This document shows, piece by piece, positions 24,403 through 33,415 of a stretch of DNA of 64,000 nucleotides. Source of the DNA: Candidatus Rokuibacteriota bacterium (lineage in GTDB: Bacteria > Methylomirabilota > Methylomirabilia > Rokubacteriales > CSP1-6). The notes under the pieces are model-generated. The model searched no databases, was not told the origin of the DNA, and saw only the letters and a program-made list of their open reading frames with translations. The stretch spans positions 12,713-76,712 of the forward strand of contig JACPCX010000176.1 in the NCBI GenBank assembly GCA_016184305.1. The letters run 5' to 3'. How positions within the stretch are numbered: the first letter of the stretch is position 1; the number at the start of each line of letters is the position of its first letter. A program made the translations under genes and the position numbers.

Positions 24403-25335
24403 GTGCGCGTTCTCTTCTACGGGACGCCCGACTTCGCCCTGCCCACGCTCGAGGCCCTCCTCGCGGGGCACGAGGTGGTGGGCGTGGTCACCCAGCCCGA
24501 CCGGCCCGCGGGTCGCGGACAGCGGTTGCAGCCCTCGCCTGTGAAGCGGCGGGCGGAGGCAGCCGGAGTGCCCGTGCTGCAGCCGGCGAGGCTTCGCGAT
24601 CCCGGATGGCCCGAGCGCCTGGCAGCCCTCGGGGCCGAGGTCGCGGTGGTGGTGGCCTTCGGCCAGATCCTCCCCAGGCCCGTGCTCGACGTCCCCCGGC
24701 GCGGCTCGATCAACGTGCACGCCTCGCTCCTGCCGCGTTACCGGGGTGCCGCGCCCATCGCGTGGGCTATCATCCGCGGGGAGACCGAGACGGGTATCAC
24801 CACCTTCCAGATGGACCCGGGCATGGACACGGGTCAGATCCTCCTCCAGGCGCGCACCCCGATCGCGAGTGAGGAAACAGCCGGCGAGCTGGCGGCGCGG
24901 CTGTCTCGTCTGGGTGCGACGGTCCTCCTGGGAACCCTCGAGCGCCTCGGCTGGCTCACCCCGACCCCTCAGGATCACGCGGCGGCCACGCTCGCGCCTC
25001 GACTCAAGAAGGAGGACGGCTGGCTCCGGCTGGACGAGCCTGCACGGAACCTCGTCAACCGGATCCGCGGCTGCAACCCGTGGCCCGGCGGGGCAGTGAT
25101 GGCCCCGGGGGGCCGCCTCCTCATCTGGCGCGCGATCGTCGTGCCGGACCCGGCCGCGACCGAGCCCGGCACGCTCATGTCCGCCGGCCCCGGGACCATC
25201 GCCGTCGCCACCGGCACTGGCCTCCTGCTCCCGATCGAAGTGCAGCCCGAGAACCGCAGGGCCATGCCGTGGGACGATTTCCTCCGCGGCGCCCGTCTCG
25301 CCCCCGGCGCCCGCTTCAGCGACATCGGTCCATGA
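24403..25335 (+). CDS. fmt: Methionyl-tRNA formyltransferase
   Basis: FYGTPDFA, VVTQPDRPAGRG, INVHASLLPRYRGAAP, GMDTG; alternative in-frame ATG at 24385. Confidence 0.96.
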   Translation: MRVLFYGTPDFALPTLEALLAGHEVVGVVTQPDRPAGRGQRLQPSPVKRRAEAAGVPVLQPARLRDPGWPERLAALGAEVAVVVAFGQILPRPVLDVPRRGSINVHASLLPRYRGAAPIAWAIIRGETETGITTFQMDPGMDTGQILLQARTPIASEETAGELAARLSRLGATVLLGTLERLGWLTPTPQDHAAATLAPRLKKEDGWLRLDEPARNLVNRIRGCNPWPGGAVMAPGGRLLIWRAIVVPDPAATEPGTLMSAGPGTIAVATGTGLLLPIEVQPENRRAMPWDDFLRGARLAPGARFSDIGP

Positions 25336-25348
25336 ACGCCGCCCCGAT

Positions 25349-25478
25349 GAGCGCCGCAGGCGCGAAGAGGCCGAACCGCAACCCGGGATCCTCCACATTC
25401 AAGCGACCCGAACAGAGCGCCGCAGGCGCGAAGAGGCCGAACCGCAACCCGAAATCATCCACATTCAGGCGACCTGAA
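25349..25478 (+). repeat. Two tandem 66 bp repeats, encoding a 49 aa mini-ORF (25332-25481)
   Basis: Units start at 25349 and 25415; peptide SAAGAKRPNRNPGSSTFKRPEQ / SAAGAKRPNRNPKSSTFRRPE. Confidence 0.9.
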
Positions 25479-26836
25479 TGACCCCCATTCTCCGGGCTGG
25501 CCCGGTGTCCCAGGCGCGCTTCGAGGCGCTGGGGATCCTGGTCCGGGTGGAGGCGGACCGGGCCTTCGCCGACATCGCGCTCGAGACCGCCCTCGAGAAG
25601 GCTGCGCTCGAGCCGAGGGATGCCGCGCTGTGCACCGAGATCGTCTACGGTGCCCTGCGCTGGCAGCGGCACCTGGACTGGCGCCTCGGGCCTCACCTGC
25701 ACCGCCCCTTGACCAAGCTCGATCCGTGGGTGCGCGCCCTCCTGCGCCTGACCGCATACCAGATCCTCTTCCTCGACCGCGTCCCGCGCTGGGCGGCCGT
25801 GGACGAGGCGGTGAGCCTCGCCAAGCTCAAGGCGCGCAACCCGGGGCCGGCCGAATTCGTCAACGCCGTGCTCCGCTCGCTCACGCGGACGCCGGCGCCG
25901 CCGCCAGCCCCGGACTCGCCCGTGGCCGCCGTCGGGGTCCGCTGGTCCTTCCCCGACTGGCTGGTCGCGCGCTGGTTCGCCCGCTACGGCCGCCCGGAAG
26001 CGGAAGCCCTGATGGCAGCCCTCTGCGAGCGCCCGCCGCTCACCGTGCGCGCCAATACACTGCGCTGCTCCCGCGACATCGTGGCCGCGCGGCTGCGCGA
26101 GGAGGAGATGGCGGAGGCGCGGCCCACGGCGCTCGCCCCCGAGGGGCTCGTCGTCGAGCGCGGCATCCCGGGGGGCTGGAAGGCCTTCGCCGACGGGGCC
26201 TGCACCGTGCAGGACGAGGCCTCCATGCTCGTCGCCCGCCTCCTGGCCCCCCGGCCCGGCGAGGTCGTGGCCGACACCTGCGCGGCCCCCGGGACCAAGG
26301 CCACCCACCTGGCCCAGCTCATGGAGAACCGCGGCACGATCATCGCCATCGACCCCCAGGCAGCCAGGCTCCGACTCGTGGCCAAGGCGGCGGCCCGGCT
26401 CGGTGTGACCATCATCGAATGTCACACCGGCCCGGTGGAGACATTCGCCAGGCACTGGAAGGAGCGCTGCGACCGCGTGCTCGTTGACGCGCCCTGCTCC
26501 AACCTGGGCGTCCTCCGCCGGAATCCCGAGGTCAAGTGGCGCCGCACGGAGGAGGACCTGCGGCGCCTCCAGCAGAAACAGCGCGCGATCCTCGCCGCGG
26601 CCGCGTTGCTCGTCAGGCCGGGCGGGCGACTCGTCTATGCCACGTGCTCGCTCGAGCCCGACGAGAACGAGGACGTGGTGTTGCCGTTCCTCGAGTCACA
26701 CCGAGACTGGCGCGTGGATCCGCCCGCGGAGTTCCCCGTGGCCCCCGATGCTGCGGGCATTGTCCGGCTCCTCCCGCATGTCCACGGCACCGACGGCTTC
26801 AGCGCCATCCGCCTGCGCCGCCGGCCTGCCCCGTAG
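25478..26836 (+). CDS. rsmB: 16S rRNA m5C967 methyltransferase
   Basis: NusB-like N-terminus, VQDEAS, DTCAAPGTK, VDAPCS, YATCS, GTDGF. Confidence 0.94.
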   Translation: MTPILRAGPVSQARFEALGILVRVEADRAFADIALETALEKAALEPRDAALCTEIVYGALRWQRHLDWRLGPHLHRPLTKLDPWVRALLRLTAYQILFLDRVPRWAAVDEAVSLAKLKARNPGPAEFVNAVLRSLTRTPAPPPAPDSPVAAVGVRWSFPDWLVARWFARYGRPEAEALMAALCERPPLTVRANTLRCSRDIVAARLREEEMAEARPTALAPEGLVVERGIPGGWKAFADGACTVQDEASMLVARLLAPRPGEVVADTCAAPGTKATHLAQLMENRGTIIAIDPQAARLRLVAKAAARLGVTIIECHTGPVETFARHWKERCDRVLVDAPCSNLGVLRRNPEVKWRRTEEDLRRLQQKQRAILAAAALLVRPGGRLVYATCSLEPDENEDVVLPFLESHRDWRVDPPAEFPVAPDAAGIVRLLPHVHGTDGFSAIRLRRRPAP

Positions 26837-26900
26837 CCCCCGCCCGCCCGGGATCGTGGGGAGTTTGCGGGCATACCGGCGGGTCGAGTATGGTGGTGGC

Positions 26901-27563
26901 ATGATCAAGATCGCGCCCAGCATCCTCTCGGCCGACTTCGCCGCGCTGGGCGAGGCCATCGCGCGCGTCGAGGCCGGGGGGGCCGATCTGCTCCACGTGG
27001 ACGTGATGGACGGCCACTTCGTTCCCAACCTCACGATCGGCCCACCCGTCATCGAGTCTATCCGCAAGCGGACCCGGCTCCCGCTGGACGTCCACCTCAT
27101 GATCGAGGAACCCGAGCGGTGGGTGGAGACCTATGTGAGGGCTGGCGCGGATCTCCTGACCGTCCATGCCGAAGCATGTCCCCATCTGCAGCGCTGCCTG
27201 TCCCAGATCCGGGAGGCGGGAGCCCGGGCGGGGATGGCCCTCAATCCCGGGACGCCGCCAGGGGTCCTGGACTATCTCCTCGACGATGTGGACCTCATCC
27301 TGGTCATGTCGGTCAACCCCGGGTTCGCAGGCCAATCCTTCATCCCGTCGGCATACGCAAAGGTCAGACAATTAAGGACTTTGATCGGCCGACGGGCCAC
27401 CGAGCTGTCTGTGGATGGGGGGATCAAGCGGGAGCATGCCGCTCCCCTGGCTCAGGCGGGAGCGACCGTGCTAGTGGCGGGTTCGGCCATCTTCGGCTCG
27501 GCAGAGCCGGGCGAGGCCGTCCGGGAGATGAGGAGTGCCTCGGAAGTAGTGAAATTGGCTTGA
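26901..27563 (+). CDS. rpe: Ribulose-phosphate 3-epimerase
   Basis: IAPSILSADF, HVDVMDGHFVPN, MSVNPGF, VDGGI. Confidence 0.96.
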   Translation: MIKIAPSILSADFAALGEAIARVEAGGADLLHVDVMDGHFVPNLTIGPPVIESIRKRTRLPLDVHLMIEEPERWVETYVRAGADLLTVHAEACPHLQRCLSQIREAGARAGMALNPGTPPGVLDYLLDDVDLILVMSVNPGFAGQSFIPSAYAKVRQLRTLIGRRATELSVDGGIKREHAAPLAQAGATVLVAGSAIFGSAEPGEAVREMRSASEVVKLA

Positions 27564-27621
27564 CTTTCCCTTTCTCCGCACTTACCCTCTGACTTTCCAC
27601 GACTAAATTTCCGGAGCGGCA

Positions 27622-28965
27622 ATGTTCGATAGCCTCACCACTCGTCTGACCGGGATATTCGATCGGCTCCGCGGATTCGGCCGGCTGACGGAGGAGAATA
27701 TCCAGGAGGCCCTCCGCGAAGTGCGGGTGGCCCTCCTCGAGGCCGACGTCAATTTCAAGGTCGTCAAGGCGTTCGTCGAGCGCGTCAGGGAAAAGGCCCA
27801 AGGGCAGGACGTTCTCAAGTCGCTGACCCCGGGCCAGCAGGTGGTCAAGGTGGTGCGCGATGAGTTGGTGGAGCTGCTGGGTGGCTCTGGCCATCGGCTC
27901 GCCATGGCCCCCCACCCGCCCACGGTGATCATGCTCGTGGGCCTGCAGGGATCGGGCAAGACGACGAGCGCGGCCAAGCTCGGCCGTCACTTCCAGAAGC
28001 AGGGGTTGCACCCGATCCTGGCCTCGGCGGACATCTACCGCCCCGCGGCCGTCGACCAGCTCAAGACGCTGGGGGCCCAGCTCGGCATCCCCGTGCTCGG
28101 GGACGCGGCGCAGAAGCCCGTGGCCATCTGCCGCCAGGCGCGGGACGAGGCTGCACAGCGGGGGCTGTCGCCGCTGATCCTGGACACGGCGGGCCGCCTC
28201 CACATCGACGAGGGGATGCTGGAGGAGCTGCGGGCGATCAAGCGGGAGGTCGGTCCGCATCACGTCCTCCTGGTGGTGGACGCCATGACGGGCCAGGACG
28301 CCGTCACCGTGGCGGACCGGTTCAATCAGGCCGTCGGCGTGGACGCCATCGTGCTCACGAAGATGGACGGCGACGCGCGCGGCGGGGCGGCCCTGTCGGT
28401 GCGCGAGGTGACGGGACGCCCCATCGCCTTCGTGGGCGTGGGCGAGAAGACCGAGGCCCTCGAGCCGTTTCACCCGGATCGGCTGGCGCAGCGCATCCTC
28501 GGCATGGGCGATGTGCTCTCGCTCGTGGAGCGAGCCCAGGCCGCGGTGGACCAGACCCAGGCCGAGAACCTGGCGCGGAAGATCCGCGAGGAGAGCTTCA
28601 CCCTCGAGGACTTCGCCCAGCAGCTCAAGCAACTGCGCTCCATGGGGCCGCTGGACCAGCTCATGGACATGGTGCCGTTCTTCAAGGGCGGCAAGGGCAT
28701 GCCCCGGGAGCTCCAGGGCGAGGAGCACGAGCTCCAGCGGTTCGAGGCGATCATCGCCTCCATGACGCCGAGGGAGCGGACCACGCCGGCGATCATCAAC
28801 GGCGGCCGGCGCGCCCGCATCGCCAGGGGCAGCGGCACGTCAGTGTCGGACGTGAACCGGCTGCTCAAGCAGCACGCGCAGCTCAAGAAGATGATGAAGG
28901 GGCTCAAGCAGATGGAAGGGCGGATGGGCAAGCTCAAGGGCGCGCTCCCGTTCCTCCCGCGATGA
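27622..28965 (+). CDS. ffh: Signal recognition particle protein
   Basis: GLQGSGKTT, DTAGR, TKMDGDARGG, RILGMGD, M domain. Confidence 0.97.
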   Translation: MFDSLTTRLTGIFDRLRGFGRLTEENIQEALREVRVALLEADVNFKVVKAFVERVREKAQGQDVLKSLTPGQQVVKVVRDELVELLGGSGHRLAMAPHPPTVIMLVGLQGSGKTTSAAKLGRHFQKQGLHPILASADIYRPAAVDQLKTLGAQLGIPVLGDAAQKPVAICRQARDEAAQRGLSPLILDTAGRLHIDEGMLEELRAIKREVGPHHVLLVVDAMTGQDAVTVADRFNQAVGVDAIVLTKMDGDARGGAALSVREVTGRPIAFVGVGEKTEALEPFHPDRLAQRILGMGDVLSLVERAQAAVDQTQAENLARKIREESFTLEDFAQQLKQLRSMGPLDQLMDMVPFFKGGKGMPRELQGEEHELQRFEAIIASMTPRERTTPAIINGGRRARIARGSGTSVSDVNRLLKQHAQLKKMMKGLKQMEGRMGKLKGALPFLPR

Positions 28966-28989
28966 CCACATCGAGAGCGAGGTGATCCA

Positions 28990-29238
28990 GTGGCAGTCCA
29001 CATTCGACTGAGACGTACGGGGACGACGAAGAAGCCGGCGTATCGCGTGGTGGTGGCCGACTCCCGGGCGGCACGGGACGGGCGGTTCATCGAGGTGATC
29101 GGGCACTACAACCCGCTCACCAACCCGCCGACCCTCAAGATCGAGACGGAGAAGGCCTCGGCGTGGATCAAGAAGGGCGCGCAGCCGTCCAACACCGTGA
29201 AGAACCTCCTCGTCCGGGCCGGCGTGAAGAACGGGTAG
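28990..29238 (+). CDS. rpsP: 30S ribosomal protein S16
   Basis: [29 protein letters not shown]. Confidence 0.96.
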   Translation: MAVHIRLRRTGTTKKPAYRVVVADSRAARDGRFIEVIGHYNPLTNPPTLKIETEKASAWIKKGAQPSNTVKNLLVRAGVKNG

Positions 29239-29244
29239 ACGGCA

Positions 29245-29384
29245 GGGCGAGCTGAGCCGCGCCCCGCGGCGAGGCGAGCGGACATGGGAATCCCCCGAGC
29301 GGAGCGAGGCGGGCGAGCTGAGCCGCGCCCCGCGGCGAGGCGAGCGGATATGGGAATCCCCCGAGCGGAGCGAGGCGGGCGAGC
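29245..29384 (+). repeat. Tandem 66 bp repeat (2 units plus 8 bp) built from GA-mismatch hairpins
   Basis: Units at 29245, 29311, partial at 29377; one mismatch (GACATGG vs GATATGG). Confidence 0.92.
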
Positions 29385-29921
29385 GTGAGCGAGCCAGGCG
29401 CGGCTCCGCCGCTGGTGGCGGTCGGGGAGATTCTGCGGCCCCACGGGATCAAGGGCGATGTGAGGGTCCGGCCGCTGACGGATCACCCGCAGGAGCGCTT
29501 CGACAGGCTTCGCGAGTGCTTCCTCTGGGATCCCGCGACCGATCGGCGCGAGCGGTGCCGGATCGCCTCGCATCGCTTCGACGGGGACGGCGTGCTGGTG
29601 CGCCTGGAGGGGGTGGAGTCGCCCGAAGCGGCTCGCTCACTCAGCGGGCGGCTCATGGCCGTCCCGAGGGCCGAGGCCCTGCCGCCGGCGCCGGGGCGGT
29701 TCTACCCCTGGCAGCTCGAAGGCGCCGCCGTGGAGACGCCGCAGGGACGACAGCTGGGGACGTTCCTCCGGGTGGAGGGCTCGTCGGGGCAGCCGCTGTG
29801 GGTGATCGGCGACGGCGAGCGGGAGTGGCTGCTGCCGGCGGTGCCGGAGCTCGTGATCGAGGTGGACGTGGCGGGGCGCCGCATTGTGGCGGATCCGCCG
29901 GAGGGGCTGGTGGAGCTGTGA
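29385..29921 (+). CDS. rimM: Ribosome maturation factor RimM
   Basis: VGEILRPHGIKGDV, FYPWQLEG, LLPAV, PPEGLVEL; position between rpsP and trmD. Confidence 0.9.
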   Translation: MSEPGAAPPLVAVGEILRPHGIKGDVRVRPLTDHPQERFDRLRECFLWDPATDRRERCRIASHRFDGDGVLVRLEGVESPEAARSLSGRLMAVPRAEALPPAPGRFYPWQLEGAAVETPQGRQLGTFLRVEGSSGQPLWVIGDGEREWLLPAVPELVIEVDVAGRRIVADPPEGLVEL

Positions 29922-30664
29922 GGATCGACATCGTCACGCTGTTCCCGGGGATGCTCGAAGGCGCCCTCGGCGAGTCGATCATGGGCCGCGCGCGGGCGCG
30001 GGGGCTCGTGGACGTCAGGGTCCGCAACCTGCGGGCGCACGCGCAGGGCACGCATCACGTGACGGACGATGCCCCCTTTGGCGGGGGCGGCGGCATGATC
30101 CTGAAACCCGAGCCGCTTGCGGCCTGCATCGGGACGCTCCGGGCACCCGGCTCGTGGGTGATCCTGCTGGACCCGGCGGGACGGCGCTTCACGCAGGAGA
30201 TCGCGCGGGAGCTGGCGCGGCGTCCCCACCTGGTGCTGGTGTGCGGGCGGTACGAGGGCGTGGACGAGCGGGTGCGGGTGCACGTGGTGGACGAGGATCT
30301 GTCCATCGGAGACTACGTGCTCTCGGGCGGCGAGCCGGCGGCCCTCGTGGTGACGGACGCGGTGGTGCGGCTCTGTCCGGGCGTGCTCGGCCAGGAGTCG
30401 GCGCCGGAGCGGGACTCGTTCTCGCGCGGCCTGCTCGAGCACCCGCAGTACACGCGGCCGGAGCGGTTCGGTGACTGGGCGGTGCCGCCCGTGCTCCTCT
30501 CGGGCGACCACGGGCGGATCGACGCGTGGCGACGGGTCATGTCGGTGTGGCAGACGTGGCAGCGCAGGCGGGACCTCCTGGAGACCGCCGATCTCTCACC
30601 GGAAGAGCAGAAGTGGGTGGATGGTTTCAGCCAGGGCCGAACGCCCTCGGACTACATCACGTAA
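29918..30664 (+). CDS. trmD: tRNA (guanine37-N1)-methyltransferase
   Basis: IDIVTLFP, DDAPFGGGGGM, CGRYEGVDER, SIGDYVLSGGE, LEHPQYTRP. Confidence 0.97.
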   Translation: MRIDIVTLFPGMLEGALGESIMGRARARGLVDVRVRNLRAHAQGTHHVTDDAPFGGGGGMILKPEPLAACIGTLRAPGSWVILLDPAGRRFTQEIARELARRPHLVLVCGRYEGVDERVRVHVVDEDLSIGDYVLSGGEPAALVVTDAVVRLCPGVLGQESAPERDSFSRGLLEHPQYTRPERFGDWAVPPVLLSGDHGRIDAWRRVMSVWQTWQRRRDLLETADLSPEEQKWVDGFSQGRTPSDYIT

Positions 30665-30679
30665 GGAGTAGAGAGGGAC

Positions 30680-31069
30680 ATGGAAGCGATTCGACTCATC
30701 GACGCGGCACAGCTGAAGAAGGACCGCGGGGGGTTCGCGCCCGGTGACACGGTGAAGGTGGCCGTGAAGGTGGTGGAAGGGGAGAAGGAGCGGCTGCAGG
30801 CCTTCGAGGGCGTGGTCATCCGGAAGCGGGGCGGCGGCGCCAGCGCCTCGTTCACCGTGCGGCGGATCTCGTACGGCGTGGGCGTGGAGCGCACCTTCCC
30901 GCTGCACTCGCCTCGGATCGACAAGATCCAGGTCATGAAGCGCGCGGTGGTCCGCCGCGCCAAGCTCTACTACCTCCGCCAGCTGGCCGGCAAGGCCGCC
31001 CGGCTCAAGGAGAAGCGCTTCGTCCACGTGCCGGCCTCGGGCGCCTCGGGGGAGACGCCCTCGAGCTGA
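30680..31069 (+). CDS. rplS: 50S ribosomal protein L19
   Basis: [39 protein letters not shown]. Confidence 0.97.
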   Translation: MEAIRLIDAAQLKKDRGGFAPGDTVKVAVKVVEGEKERLQAFEGVVIRKRGGGASASFTVRRISYGVGVERTFPLHSPRIDKIQVMKRAVVRRAKLYYLRQLAGKAARLKEKRFVHVPASGASGETPSS

Positions 31070-31079
31070 GGGCGGACCC

Positions 31080-31706
31080 ACGGCCGCGCCGTATCGGTTC
31101 GAGCGAGAGGCCTGGCGCCGAGGCCTGACCCGGGTCGCGGGGGTGGACGAGGCCGGGCGAGGCCCGCTGGCGGGACCGGTGGTGGCCGCCGCGGTGATCC
31201 TGGCGCCGGGGAGTCCCATCGAGGGGCTGGACGACTCGAAGCGAGTGGCGCCCGCCGAACGGGAGCGGCTCTTCGACCTGATCCGGGAGCGGGCCGTGGC
31301 GGTCGGCGTGGGGACGGCGGATGTGGCGACCATCGACCGCGTCAACATCCTCGAGGCCACGCGGCTCGCCATGGGCGAGGCGCTCGCGGGGCTCGGCGTG
31401 ACGCCCGAGCTGGTCCTGACCGACCACGTCGCGCTGCGGGGCCTCGGGTGCCCGCAGCGGAATCTGGTGCGGGGCGATCAGCGGTCGGCGACCGTGGCGG
31501 CGGCCTCGATCATCGCCAAGGTGACGCGCGACCGGATCATGGAGGCGCTGGACCGTGAGTTTCCCGCGTACGGCTTCGGCCGGCACAGGGGCTACCCGAC
31601 TCCCGCTCATCAGCGGGCGATCCTGGAGCACGGGCCCTGTCCCGTGCACCGCATGAGCTTTCGCGGGGTGGGGCGACAGGGCAAGCTGTTCGGGGAACCG
31701 ACGTGA
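31080..31706 (+). CDS. rnhB: Ribonuclease HII (start uncertain)
   Basis: AGVDEAGRGPLAGPV, LDDSK, AAASIIAKVTRD, HRMSF; frame open upstream of GTG 31143 with no canonical start. Confidence 0.9.
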   Translation, partial: TAAPYRFEREAWRRGLTRVAGVDEAGRGPLAGPVVAAAVILAPGSPIEGLDDSKRVAPAERERLFDLIRERAVAVGVGTADVATIDRVNILEATRLAMGEALAGLGVTPELVLTDHVALRGLGCPQRNLVRGDQRSATVAAASIIAKVTRDRIMEALDREFPAYGFGRHRGYPTPAHQRAILEHGPCPVHRMSFRGVGRQGKLFGEPT

Positions 31707-31738
31707 TGGTCGATCGCGTGTCGATCAAGGAGTGACGC

Positions 31739-32119
31739 GTGCCTACTGACACTCGCAGGGCCACAGGGATCAGGGGGGAGGAGGAAGCGGCGCGCTTCCT
31801 GGCGCGCTGCGGCTACGCCATCCTGGACAAGAACGTCCGGACGAGGGCCGGCGAGATCGACCTCGTCGCCAAGGAGGGCAAGACCCTCGTCTTCGTCGAG
31901 GTCAAGACGCGCAGGGACCTCGCGGGCGATCCGCCCCAGGCGGCCGTGAACACGCGCAAGCAGAACCGGCTGGGGAAGCTGGCGCACGGCTACCTGAAGC
32001 TCCGCCGGTTGCGGGAGATGCCGTGCCGCTTCGACGTCGTGGCGGTGATCGTGAACGAGGAGGGCGGCGTCAAGGCGATCCGCCACATCCCCAATGCCTT
32101 TTCCGTCGCCGCCTGGTAG
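31739..32119 (+). CDS. yraN: YraN (UPF0102) family endonuclease-like protein
   Basis: G..GE..A..FL, GEIDLV, LVFVEVKTR, RFDVVAV. Confidence 0.92.
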   Translation: MPTDTRRATGIRGEEEAARFLARCGYAILDKNVRTRAGEIDLVAKEGKTLVFVEVKTRRDLAGDPPQAAVNTRKQNRLGKLAHGYLKLRRLREMPCRFDVVAVIVNEEGGVKAIRHIPNAFSVAAW

Positions 32120-32164
32120 GCTCGCGCCGATCGACCGGCAGGCCGAGCGCATGGGAGAACACGG

Positions 32165-33094
32165 ATGACGAACGACTTCCGTTTCCAGGGCTGCATGCCC
32201 GCCAACCTGCTGCCCTTCCGCGCCGACCTCGAGATCGACGAGGCCGCCTACCGCAAGCACCTGCGCTGGCTCGCCGACGCTCGCGGCGTCACCGCCATCG
32301 TCGCCAATGGTCACGCGGCCGAGGTCTCCTCCCTCTCGCGGGAAGAGCGGAGGCGGACACTGGCGCTCGCGCTCGACGAGGTGGCGGGCAAGGTCCCGAT
32401 CATCGCGGGCGTCTATGCCGACGGCACGCAGGAGGCTCTCGAGCTCGCGCGGGACGCGCGGGCTGCGGGCGCCGCCGGCCTCCTGGTCTTCCCCCCGACC
32501 ATCTTCATGTGGGGGGCCCAGGTGAAGCCCGACATGGTGCTCCGCCACTTCTCGGAGCTGGCCGACCGGGTGGATCTCCCCCTGATCGTCTTCGAGTACC
32601 CGCCCGCCTCCGGCATCGGCTACAGCCCCGAGACGCTCGGCGCCCTCTGCAAGATCCCCTCCGTGGTGGGCGTCAAGGACTGGTCCAACGACATCGTCGC
32701 CTACGAGAAGAATCTCCGCGCGCTGCGCGCCTCGGGGCGGCCCGTGGCCATGCTCTCGTCGTTCACGATGTCGCTCATGGCCACGTTCCTCGTGGGCGCC
32801 GACGGCTGCATCTCCGGCATGGGGAGCGTGGCGGCCGATCTGCAGGCCGAGCTCTTCGCCGCCGTCCAGGCAGGAGACCTGGCGGGGGCCCGCCGGGTGA
32901 ACGAGCGGCTGGCTCCGCTGGTGGCGGTGTTCTACGCGCCGCCCTTCGTGGACATGCACAACCGAATGAAAGAAGCGCTCGCCATCCTGGGGCGCATCCC
33001 GGCCGCGCATGTGCGTCCCCCGCTCACGCCGGTCTCCGAGGAGGAGCGCCACCGCATCCGCCTCGCGCTACGGGAGGCGCGGCTCCTCACCTGA
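32165..33094 (+). CDS. Dihydrodipicolinate synthase family lyase/aldolase
   Basis: TIM-barrel DapA pattern, Schiff-base Lys in VVGVKDW, VRPPL; NGHAAE replaces GTTGE. Confidence 0.85.
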   Translation: MTNDFRFQGCMPANLLPFRADLEIDEAAYRKHLRWLADARGVTAIVANGHAAEVSSLSREERRRTLALALDEVAGKVPIIAGVYADGTQEALELARDARAAGAAGLLVFPPTIFMWGAQVKPDMVLRHFSELADRVDLPLIVFEYPPASGIGYSPETLGALCKIPSVVGVKDWSNDIVAYEKNLRALRASGRPVAMLSSFTMSLMATFLVGADGCISGMGSVAADLQAELFAAVQAGDLAGARRVNERLAPLVAVFYAPPFVDMHNRMKEALAILGRIPAAHVRPPLTPVSEEERHRIRLALREARLLT

Positions 33095-33141
33095 TCACGC
33101 GAGCAGGGAGTCGACCTGGCCATGTCCGCCCACTGGCGCGC

Positions 33142-33171
33142 TTGAATCCCGACGCCTCGGACCATTAGAAT
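33142..33171 (+). promoter_or_regulatory. Promoter of the TA operon, probably leaderless
   Basis: TTGAAT-N18-TAGAAT, ATG 7 nt downstream, no SD sequence. Confidence 0.6.
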
Positions 33172-33178
33172 CGCCAAT

Positions 33179-33415
33179 ATGAAGACTATTGCGGTCACCA
33201 TCGACGAGAGTACCCTGCAGCGCCTCGACGAGCTGGCCGCGGCCTCCCCACGTCACCGCAGCCGCTCCGTCCTGGTGCGCGCCGCGGTCAGGGACTTCGT
33301 CGAGCGGGAGCGGCAGCGTGCCATCGAGGAGCGCGAGAGCGCCATCCTCCGCAGGCACAAGCTCCGCCTCGCGCGCCAGGCGAAGGCCTTGCTCGCCCAG
33401 CAAGCGCGCACGTGA
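33179..33415 (+). CDS. Ribbon-helix-helix (CopG) antitoxin
   Basis: MKTIAVTIDESTLQRLDELA...SRSVLVRAAV RHH pattern; GTGA overlap with toxin. Confidence 0.8.
   Translation: MKTIAVTIDESTLQRLDELAAASPRHRSRSVLVRAAVRDFVERERQRAIEERESAILRRHKLRLARQAKALLAQQART

Noticed and set aside
27100..27620. More A/T-rich 3' half of rpe as possible foreign DNA
   Set aside because: The protein is an ordinary Rpe; the region probably carries the ffh promoter (TTGACT near 27560); not quantifiable by eye
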